From positions 9-64,008 of the forward strand of contig JAHRWD010000014.1 in the NCBI GenBank assembly GCA_019090315.1: a stretch of 64,000 nucleotides of DNA, given 5' to 3'. Shown in pieces: positions 56,710-64,000 of this stretch. The notes beneath the pieces were generated by a model. It did not search any database, was not told the origin of the DNA, and saw only the letters and a list, made by a program, of their open reading frames with translations. The position numbers and the translations under genes are program-made. The stretch comes from Pseudomonadales bacterium. GTDB taxonomy: Bacteria > Pseudomonadota > Gammaproteobacteria > Pseudomonadales > JAHRWD01. Within the stretch, counting starts at the first letter, position 1. Each line of letters opens with the position of its first letter.

Positions 56710-57873
56710 TCAAGGCTCTTTCACTAGCTGTGACAGCTGAAACACCGCCATGGAATAGAGTCGACTGTGGTTGTATCGACTGATCACATAAAAGTTCTGA
56801 AATCCGATCCAGTATTCAAGCGCATGTTTATTCTTCAGCTTAATCAGTGAGGTCAGTGTGCCATCCGGGTATCGATTCGGTGATGTGACACCCAGCTCTG
56901 CCAACTCTTTAATGGTGTATTTAGGCTTGAGGCTTTTATTAGCGATATCCTCAAACCGATCGCCGGTCGTATTTGCCCGGGTCACGATCGGTTGGCCAGC
57001 CTTCCAGCCATGACGACTCAGATAGTTAGCAATACTACCCACCGCATCTGCGGGATTAGTCCAGATATCACGCTTTTCATCACCATCAAAATCGATGGCG
57101 TAGGCACGATAACTACTCGGCATAAACTGCCCATATCCCATCGCCCCGGCATAGGAACCCATCAAATCACGGGGGTCCTGATTCTCTTCACGCGCTAGTA
57201 GTAAAAATTCAACCAGCTGTTGCCTGAAAAATTTCTGCCTGCGGGGGTAGTCAAAGGACAACGTTGTGAGCGCATCCATCACATGATACCCACCGGTGTA
57301 ACGACCGTAGCGAGTTTCAACTCCCAGGATAGCTACAATAATTTCCTTCGGCACACCAAATTTTTGTTCCGCCTGATTTAGGATCACCGCATGTTTTTTC
57401 AGGAATGCTTTGCCCTGCGAAATCCTTTTATTTTTAATAAAAATATTGCGGTATTCCCACCATTCTTTGGTTTTTTCTGCTGGCCGGGCAATCGCATCCA
57501 GTATCGATTGTTTCTGCTTTGCCGTGCCGAATAAATCTTCTAGCTCTGTTTTATTGAATCCATGTTCCATGACCATAGAATCAATAAACTGTTGTACGTC
57601 GGGATATTCCAGATAAGGGGTAGGATCAGATGCCGCAGTCAGAGGCAGGGAGATAACCGATACCAGCAGAAGGCCGCAAAGCCGAACCCAAATTTTCTTT
57701 CCAACCGCACTGTTCTTTTTAAAGACCTTTGCACGAGAGATGATTTTTCTTTCAGGCAAGGCGAAAGTACGCGCAAAGAGGAAGTTTACAAGTGTAAATG
57801 ACCGATTGAGCATACTTTCAACGGCGCATGGGAGAAAAATGGTTTTCGTGCGAAGGTCTCTTTTAGTATTCAA
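56710..57873 (-). CDS. mltB: Lytic murein transglycosylase B (MltB/SltB1 family), 5' end unresolved
   Basis: Mature part: ...GVETRYGRYTG.., YAGAMGYGQFMPSSY, and NFYVISRYNHS..YSMAV. All in-frame start candidates (57873 TTG, 57813 ATG, 57759 TTG) lie in or beyond the palindromic repeat. Confidence 0.85.
   Translation of the reverse strand: MNTKRDLRTKTIFLPCAVESMLNRSFTLVNFLFARTFALPERKIISRAKVFKKNSAVGKKIWVRLCGLLLVSVISLPLTAASDPTPYLEYPDVQQFIDSMVMEHGFNKTELEDLFGTAKQKQSILDAIARPAEKTKEWWEYRNIFIKNKRISQGKAFLKKHAVILNQAEQKFGVPKEIIVAILGVETRYGRYTGGYHVMDALTTLSFDYPRRQKFFRQQLVEFLLLAREENQDPRDLMGSYAGAMGYGQFMPSSYRAYAIDFDGDEKRDIWTNPADAVGSIANYLSRHGWKAGQPIVTRANTTGDRFEDIANKSLKPKYTIKELAELGVTSPNRYPDGTLTSLIKLKNKHALEYWIGFQNFYVISRYNHSRLYSMAVFQLSQLVKEP
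57723..57860. repeat. ~138-bp imperfect-palindrome intergenic repeat, copy B
   Basis: See copy A. Termini are AGACCTTTGCACGAGAG ... TTTTCGTGCGAAGGTCT. It lies between the rodA stop (57897) and the mltB signal peptide. Confidence 0.85.
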
Positions 57874-57896
57874 TTGTTCAAAGCTCCAAATTAAAA

Positions 57897-59039
57897 CTAC
57901 TGCTGCATTAGCGAACGATGTGAATTGATAGACATCAGGATACCAAAACCAGCCATCAAGGTAATCAGCGATGTACCGCCCTGACTTACCAACGGTAATG
58001 GTACACCCACAATCGGCAACAACCCGCTTACCATACCAATATTGACGAAGACGTATACAAAAAAGGTCAGGGTAATGCTGCCCGCCAGCAATCGGTTAAA
58101 CATACCATCGGCGGTCAGCGCAATATAGGCACCCCGGGACACGATCATCAGATACAACATCATGACGAATAAAAACCCCAGAAAACCCAGCTCTTCACCC
58201 AGTACCGCAATAATAAAGTCGGTATGCCCCTCCGGCAGGAAATCGAGGTGGGACTGAGTTCCATTGAGCCAGCCTTTGCCCTCCATGCCGCCGGAACCGA
58301 TCGCAATTTTTGACTGAATGGTATTCCAGCCTGCACCAAGGGGATCCCGTTCGGGATCCAGCAGGGTAAGCACCCTTTGACGCTGATAATCACGCATCAT
58401 AAACCAGATTCCTGGCAATGATGCGACACCAGCGGTGATTGCAACCAACAGGATTTTCCAGGAAACACCGGCAAGAAATATTACAAAAAGACCTGACGCG
58501 CCAATCAGAATTGAGGTACCCAAATCCGGCTGTTTGGCAATCAATCCAACCGGCACAACAATAAAAATTAGTGAAATTGCCAGGTATTTTAGCTTCGGTG
58601 GCAAAGTGCGTTTTGCCAGATAGCTCGCCACCATAATAGGCACCGCTAGCTTCATCAGTTCCGATGGCTGAAACCGCGGAATGCCGGGGATTGCCAACCA
58701 GCGCTGGGCACCTTTAGCGCCAAAACCCATTAAAAGCACCGCGATCAACAACAGTGTTCCAACAACAAACAGGGGTGTTGCCAGTCGTTGCAGGTGTCGC
58801 GGATCGATTTGTGCCAGTATGAACATCACCACAAAAGCGGCCGCCAGATAGCTCGATTGCCGAATCATAATGGAAGGATTTTGTTCAGCGGCACTGTACA
58901 GCACAATTAATCCAAAACCACTAAGCAGTACGATTAGAAAAATCAGGATTAGATCTATTCGCGCAAGCGCTCGAAGAGGCCCCGGCAAAGGCTTACGACT
59001 TTGGAAATCTGGCAGCTGATGTTGATAGGTTTTTTGCAT
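57897..59039 (-). CDS. rodA: Peptidoglycan glycosyltransferase RodA (SEDS)
   Basis: 380-aa polytopic protein with ..QPSELMKL.., DLGT, and PLPLVSQGGTS. Confidence 0.96.
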   Translation of the reverse strand: MQKTYQHQLPDFQSRKPLPGPLRALARIDLILIFLIVLLSGFGLIVLYSAAEQNPSIMIRQSSYLAAAFVVMFILAQIDPRHLQRLATPLFVVGTLLLIAVLLMGFGAKGAQRWLAIPGIPRFQPSELMKLAVPIMVASYLAKRTLPPKLKYLAISLIFIVVPVGLIAKQPDLGTSILIGASGLFVIFLAGVSWKILLVAITAGVASLPGIWFMMRDYQRQRVLTLLDPERDPLGAGWNTIQSKIAIGSGGMEGKGWLNGTQSHLDFLPEGHTDFIIAVLGEELGFLGFLFVMMLYLMIVSRGAYIALTADGMFNRLLAGSITLTFFVYVFVNIGMVSGLLPIVGVPLPLVSQGGTSLITLMAGFGILMSINSHRSLMQQ

Positions 59040-59055
59040 AGCTTATGTAGTAAAC

Positions 59056-60930
59056 CTATTGAGTGGTATCAGGCTCAAGTGATGAGGTTCCTCTATCCAA
59101 TAGATACCCATCAAATAGTTTACGCGCGATGGGTGCAGCGACGGAACTCCCGTGTTCACCATTTTCAACAATAACCGCCACTGCAATTTTTGGCGCATCG
59201 ACGGGGGCGAATCCGACAAACAGTGCGTGATCCCGTTGCCGCTCTTCCAGTGCTTCGGCATCATACTCCTCACCCTGACGAATCCCCACCACCTGAGCAG
59301 TGCCGGTTTTCCCGGCGATTCGAAATTCACTATCGACCCCGATACGGCGTCCGGTGCCGCGGGGGGAGTGCACCACCATCTCCATTGATTTGAACATATA
59401 GTCCCAGTCTGCAGGATCTTTTATCACCACATCCGGTAACCTTGAGCGCTCTAACACCGGCCATCCAGCACCTGGTACGGTCATCAATAATCGTGGCTGA
59501 ACCGTCATACCTCGATTAGCAAAAGTAGCCGTGGCGGTTGCCAACTGTAGCGGTGTAGCAGAGAAGTACCCCTGACCAATTCCCGCCAACAATGTATCAC
59601 CGTGATACCAGGATCGACCAATGGTCTTTTTCTTCCAGCTGCGGGAGGGCAGTGTACCCAATGCTTCTCCCGGCAAATCTAGCAAATTTCGACCACCAAA
59701 CCCGAACCGCGCAAGGTAATCATGCATCTGATCGATGCCCAGTTTGAATGAGAGGTCATAAAAGAAGGTATCGCAGGATTCAATAATTGCTTTACGCAGA
59801 TTTACCGACCGGCCGTGGCCGCCTTTTTTCCAGTCCCGGTAGTAGCGTTCGTCGTCTTCCAGCTGATACCAGCCAGGATCCCGCACTTTACTGCGGTAGC
59901 TGATCACTCCCGCATCCAGACCTGCCAGCCCGATAAAGGGTTTAATCGTTGATCCCGGCGGATAGACTCCTCGAATGGCACGATTAAACATCGGTATATC
60001 CATCGAATTGCGTAGCGTGTTATAGCTTTTGCTATCGATTCCGGTGACAAATTTATTGCCATCAAAACTGGGTTTGCTGACCATTGCCAGCACACCGTTA
60101 GTCTCAATCTCTATAGCGACCACCGCACCACGGCGACCCTCTAGTGCCTTATCCGCGATCCGTTGCAGCTCAATATCGAGGTACAAGTGGATATCATTGC
60201 CCGGTACCGGGTCTACTCGATTAAGGGTACGCAAAACCCGACCCTGAGCATCTTTTTCAACCTGTTCGTGTCCCACCTTGCCATGCAGAACCGGCTCGTA
60301 AAAATTCTCAATCCCGGTTTTCCCGATATGGTTGGTAACGCTATACTGAATCGGATCAATTTTCTTGATTTCACGCTCGTTGATGCGCCCTACATAACCA
60401 ACCACATGAGTAGTCAGCTCAGACAACGGGTAGTTTCGAACCAGTTCAGCGCGCACCTCGGCCCCGGGCAGTCGATATTGATTAACCGCCAGTTTGGCCA
60501 TCTCTCCATCGGTCAGCTTGAATTTGAGGGGAAGCGACGAAAAAAACGCTCCAGAACGCTTTCGACGTTTCTGAAAACGTGCGATTTCGCGGTCAGAGAT
60601 CTCGATAATACCCTGCAGATCGGTCAGTAATTGATCCAGATTCCTGGCACGCTCACGTACCACCACCAGAGTGAAGCTCGGTTGGTTGTCCGCTAACAGC
60701 ACGCCGTTTCGATCGTAGATAAGGCCACGTGTGGGAGCCACCGGCTGAAGCCTGATGCGGTTTTCATCCGACAGGGTGGCGTAAGTATCGTGCTGCATCA
60801 GTTGCAAATAGACCGCTCTCGCGATTAATCCGGCCGCCATCAAAAACACCAGAACCAGAGATACCAGCATCCGGCCATTAAACAATCGGCGCTCGGTGAT
60901 GGGATTATTAAGATGTAGGTATTCAGGCAT
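59056..60930 (-). CDS. mrdA: Penicillin-binding protein 2 (elongasome transpeptidase)
   Basis: An N-terminal anchor, SxxK PGSTIKPF, and KTGTAQ. Confidence 0.96.
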   Translation of the reverse strand: MPEYLHLNNPITERRLFNGRMLVSLVLVFLMAAGLIARAVYLQLMQHDTYATLSDENRIRLQPVAPTRGLIYDRNGVLLADNQPSFTLVVVRERARNLDQLLTDLQGIIEISDREIARFQKRRKRSGAFFSSLPLKFKLTDGEMAKLAVNQYRLPGAEVRAELVRNYPLSELTTHVVGYVGRINEREIKKIDPIQYSVTNHIGKTGIENFYEPVLHGKVGHEQVEKDAQGRVLRTLNRVDPVPGNDIHLYLDIELQRIADKALEGRRGAVVAIEIETNGVLAMVSKPSFDGNKFVTGIDSKSYNTLRNSMDIPMFNRAIRGVYPPGSTIKPFIGLAGLDAGVISYRSKVRDPGWYQLEDDERYYRDWKKGGHGRSVNLRKAIIESCDTFFYDLSFKLGIDQMHDYLARFGFGGRNLLDLPGEALGTLPSRSWKKKTIGRSWYHGDTLLAGIGQGYFSATPLQLATATATFANRGMTVQPRLLMTVPGAGWPVLERSRLPDVVIKDPADWDYMFKSMEMVVHSPRGTGRRIGVDSEFRIAGKTGTAQVVGIRQGEEYDAEALEERQRDHALFVGFAPVDAPKIAVAVIVENGEHGSSVAAPIARKLFDGYLLDRGTSSLEPDTTQ

Positions 60931-60965
60931 ATTCAGCGTAGTGTATTAAACTGTATACAGGGATA

Positions 60966-61060
60966 GAGTCCGTCACGTCTCGCGGCAAGGCACAGTTCGC
61001 AGCGAATGTAGATGCCTTTGCAAGAGCTGTAACGCTGTCCGTAGCGAATGTGACGGGCTC
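60966..61060. other. Nested inverted-repeat structure in the rlmH-mrdA spacer
   Basis: The outer stem GAGTCCGTCAC (60966-76) pairs with GTGACGGGCTC (61050-60). The inner stem GGCAAGGCA (60984-92) pairs with TGCCTTTGC (61013-21). The direct repeat AGCGAATGT occurs at 61001 and 61043. Confidence 0.5.
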
Positions 61061-61074
61061 CCTTTAGGCGGTAA

Positions 61075-61542
61075 TTAGCGGTGATAGGGGTGCCCTTTAC
61101 TAAGACTCCAGGCTCGATAGATCTGTTCCGCAACCAGCACCCGAACCAACGGGTGCGGAAGGGTCAACCTGGAGAGTGAACGACTGAACTCTGCCTGCTG
61201 GATACAGCTTGAGTGTAAACCATCCGGGCCGCCGACCAGTAGACTGACATCTCTGCCCTGCCCTTGCCAGTCGACAATATCATCCGCGAGTTGCTCAGTA
61301 CTCCACTGCTTTCCGGTCAGATCCAGCGCAATCAGCAGATCACCTTTGGGTACGGCCTTGAGTAGCGCCTCGCCCTCTTTGGCGACAATTTTTTTCAGGT
61401 CGGCATTCTTGTTTCTAACCCCAGCGTTCACTTCAATAAGCTCTAGCCGAAGATCATTTACCAGACGTTTTTGGTACTCTTCAAAACCCGTAGTCACCCA
61501 CTGGGGCATCCGGGTTCCGACACATATTAGTCTTACTCGCAT
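61075..61542 (-). CDS. rlmH: 23S rRNA (pseudouridine1915-N3)-methyltransferase RlmH
   Basis: MRVRLICVGTRMPQW...GGPDGL...TLPH SPOUT motifs. Confidence 0.95.
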   Translation of the reverse strand: MRVRLICVGTRMPQWVTTGFEEYQKRLVNDLRLELIEVNAGVRNKNADLKKIVAKEGEALLKAVPKGDLLIALDLTGKQWSTEQLADDIVDWQGQGRDVSLLVGGPDGLHSSCIQQAEFSRSLSRLTLPHPLVRVLVAEQIYRAWSLSKGHPYHR

Positions 61543-61578
61543 GCTACTTGTTTAATGCCCAAAGCTTTACTTCTACGA

Positions 61579-61944
61579 TTAGATTTCTTCATCCTGCCTC
61601 GGCGGCTTCTCACCCGGCGCCAGCGGTTGCCATAAGCGTTCCAGGTCATAAAACTCTCTGGCTTCAGTTGACATGATATGGGTGACCACACAGCCATGAT
61701 CCAGTAGCACCCATTCGCCACCGCCTTTGCCTTCAATGCCCAGCACCACTTCGCCCTGCTTTTTGGTTTCCAGCGCAACGTGTTCTGCAATGGAGTTAAG
61801 GTGGCGACCAGAGGTGCCGCTGGCGATGATCATATATTCCGTCATGCTGGTTCTTTTTGCCACATCAATACAGAGCACATCCTTCGCTTTGATATCATCC
61901 AGCAGTTCTAAAATACGATCTCGCAGTTGGTCAGGTGTCATCAT
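61579..61944 (-). CDS. rsfS: Ribosome silencing factor RsfS
   Basis: 121 aa with DDIKAKDVLCIDV...MIIASGTSGRH...WVLLDHG.VV.HIM..E.REFYDLERLW. Confidence 0.95.
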   Translation of the reverse strand: MMTPDQLRDRILELLDDIKAKDVLCIDVAKRTSMTEYMIIASGTSGRHLNSIAEHVALETKKQGEVVLGIEGKGGGEWVLLDHGCVVTHIMSTEAREFYDLERLWQPLAPGEKPPRQDEEI

Positions 61945-62016
61945 TTTTTGGGGCCGTCATTTTGTGATTCGGTTTCGGTTTGTATTTTAAAGCGCTTTGT
62001 AAGCATCTCTGATTCA

Positions 62017-62703
62017 TCAAGCAATCGGGTATAAATTATTCTGCTCTATATAGCCGAGCACTGAATCAGGTAGCAGATACTGTGGTGACTGCCCATCGGA
62101 CAGTAGACCACGAATCTGGCTAGATGAAATATCCAGCATCGTCATTTTAAGATCTGATACATAGCCACTGGAGTGGTTACGCAGATCATTCAGCTGATTG
62201 GTTTTATGCGCCTCATACCATTCCCGAAGCGGTTCGCATGGTTCCAGCTCTGAGCCCGGCCGATGCACGACCAGTATATGACCCAGCTCGGTCAATTGTT
62301 GCCAGCAATGCCATTGCGGCAGGGATAAAAAACTATCCATGCCCATCACCATCACCAGGCTTATTTCATCACCCAATTCCTGCCGCAAGGATACCAGCGT
62401 ATCGTAGCTGTAGGTCGGGCCATCACGGTTTAGTTCTCGATCATCGAGCAACAGACCTGAGTTTTCACCCAGCGCCAGTTCAAGCATTTCAAACCGCTCA
62501 CTGGCAGCGCTTACCGACCGGTTTTTATGATATGGGTCACCGCAGGGAATCAGCCTAAACTGATCCGCCGCCAGCGCCTGCTTTAGCTCAATCGCCATTC
62601 GTAGATGGCCAAAATGGATCGGGTCAAAGGTGCCGCCCATAAAGGCGACCACCGAAGGCGGCTGCTTATTCACCACCGCGGCCTGGCCAGTGTGTTCACT
62701 CAC
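62017..62703 (-). CDS. nadD: Nicotinate-nucleotide adenylyltransferase
   Basis: The [12 protein letters not shown] motif. The GTG start forms a GTGA overlap with the proA stop. Confidence 0.93.
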   Translation of the reverse strand: MSEHTGQAAVVNKQPPSVVAFMGGTFDPIHFGHLRMAIELKQALAADQFRLIPCGDPYHKNRSVSAASERFEMLELALGENSGLLLDDRELNRDGPTYSYDTLVSLRQELGDEISLVMVMGMDSFLSLPQWHCWQQLTELGHILVVHRPGSELEPCEPLREWYEAHKTNQLNDLRNHSSGYVSDLKMTMLDISSSQIRGLLSDGQSPQYLLPDSVLGYIEQNNLYPIA

Positions 62704-63968
62704 CGGCGGATATGGCCGTCGCCCAATACCACATATTTTTCCGATGTCAGACCTTCAAGCCCAACCGGGCCACGGACATGAATTTTATCGGTAGAGATAC
62801 CGATTTCTGCTCCAAGCCCATATTCAAAACCATCAGCAAAACGGGTCGATGCATTCACCATTACCGAGCTGGAATCCACCTCGGTAATAAACTGGCGGCT
62901 GCGGGTATAGTCTTCGGTGATGATTGAATCGGTATGGTGTGAGCCATATTGATTAATATGCACAATCGCTTCATCGATATTGCTGACGCATTTGATCGAC
63001 AAAATCGGTGCCAGGTATTCGGTGCTCCAATCCTCTTCGGTTGCCGCCTTAACATCCGTACCTTTCAATACCGCGACAGTTTGCGGGCAGCCGCGCAGTT
63101 CAACCTTCTCTTCTGCGTACAATGCCGCCAATTTAGGCAGTAAATCCGTCGCAATTGCTTCATTTACCAGCAGAGTTTCCATGGTACAGCAGGTGCCGTA
63201 GCGTTGGGTTTTGGCATTAAAGGCCACTTTGATCGCTTTTTCAAGATCACCTCGGTCATCCACATAAACATGGCAGATACCATCAAGATGTTTGATTACC
63301 GGCACGCGAGCATCCCGGCTGATTCTCTCGATGAGCCCCTTGCCACCCCGAGGGATAATCACGTCGACAAATTCGGGCATGGTGATCAACTCACCCACCG
63401 CTTCGCGATCAGTGGTGTTGACCACCTGCACTGCATCTCGGGGCATTCCGGTCTCTTCCAGACCTGCATAAACGCACGCAGCTATCGCCTGATTGGAGTG
63501 CAGCGCTTCCGAGCCACCGCGTAAAATCGTTGCATTACCGGACTTCAAACAAAGGCTGGCGGCATCAATGGTCACGTTGGGGCGGGATTCATAAATAATA
63601 CCAATCACCCCCAAAGGCACGCGCATCTTTCCAACCTGAATACCGCTGGGCATATATTTCATGCCGTTCACTTCGCCGATTGGGTCGGACAGACTGGCAA
63701 CCTGGGTCAAGCCCTCGATCATGCTATCAATCCGGGCAGGGTTTAGCTCAAGCCGATCCAGCAATGCCGCATCCAGACCTTTTTCTACACCGGCCTGCAT
63801 ATCTTTTTTGTTGGCGGCTAACAGCGCTTCGCTTTGTAGCTCCAGATGTTTCGCAATCGCAAACAATGTCTGGTTTTTCTGCGCCGTTGAAGCGCTGGCC
63901 ATTTTGCGGGATGCAAGGCGCGCTTTTTGGCCAAGTTCGGCCATATAATTATTAATGTCGGAAGCCAT
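62700..63968 (-). CDS. proA: Glutamate-5-semialdehyde dehydrogenase
   Basis: 422 aa with ..IYESRPNVT.., NASTRFADG, and GLEGLTS.K. Confidence 0.96.
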   Translation of the reverse strand: MASDINNYMAELGQKARLASRKMASASTAQKNQTLFAIAKHLELQSEALLAANKKDMQAGVEKGLDAALLDRLELNPARIDSMIEGLTQVASLSDPIGEVNGMKYMPSGIQVGKMRVPLGVIGIIYESRPNVTIDAASLCLKSGNATILRGGSEALHSNQAIAACVYAGLEETGMPRDAVQVVNTTDREAVGELITMPEFVDVIIPRGGKGLIERISRDARVPVIKHLDGICHVYVDDRGDLEKAIKVAFNAKTQRYGTCCTMETLLVNEAIATDLLPKLAALYAEEKVELRGCPQTVAVLKGTDVKAATEEDWSTEYLAPILSIKCVSNIDEAIVHINQYGSHHTDSIITEDYTRSRQFITEVDSSSVMVNASTRFADGFEYGLGAEIGISTDKIHVRGPVGLEGLTSEKYVVLGDGHIRR

Positions 63969-64000
63969 ATTTCTGCCTAAATATTCTGAATAGAACCCGT

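Noticed and set aside
60984-61021. GCAAGGCA...TGCCTTTGCAAGAG resembling the termini of the 138-bp repeat
   Set aside because: The polarity of the two arms is opposite to that of the repeat family, and the interior is unrelated. The similarity is probably coincidental, arising from GC-rich stems.

Overview
The window looks like core chromosome from a gammaproteobacterium. Gene order matches three blocks I remember from Pseudomonas: ppiD-hupB-lon-clpX-clpP-tig; pilZ-holB-tmk-mltG-pabC-fabF-acpP-fabG-fabD-plsX-rpmF-yceD-sppA-rluC/rne; and prmA-DUF3426-dusB-fis-purH-purD followed by lipA-lipB-ybeD-dac-rlpA-mltB-rodA-mrdA-rlmH-rsfS-nadD-proA. About 56 protein genes and one tRNA-Leu(TAG) are supported. 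I saw no CRISPR array, integrase or transposase, prophage, or recognisable defence or toxin genes, so I cannot honestly claim a clear novel multi-gene system. The less ordinary signals are listed below.
- A ~138-bp imperfect-palindrome intergenic repeat occurs in two colinear copies, with five exactly compensatory arm substitutions.
- One repeat copy is read through in frame by the only possible 5' end of mltB.
- A secreted His/Cys-rich mini-protein, an outer-membrane barrel, a ZnuA-like binding protein and a ZnuB-like permease form one cluster with no ATPase gene.
- A tandem hotdog thioesterase is frameshifted at a C5 run.
- An HExxH SprA-like protein is paired with a small protein carrying a flagellar-rod-like motif.
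- A 1188-aa pyruvate:ferredoxin oxidoreductase sits at a synteny junction.
- The rne leader region is ~900 bp and rich in hairpins.

All product calls come from reading the translated ORFs and from remembered family motifs. No searches were run.
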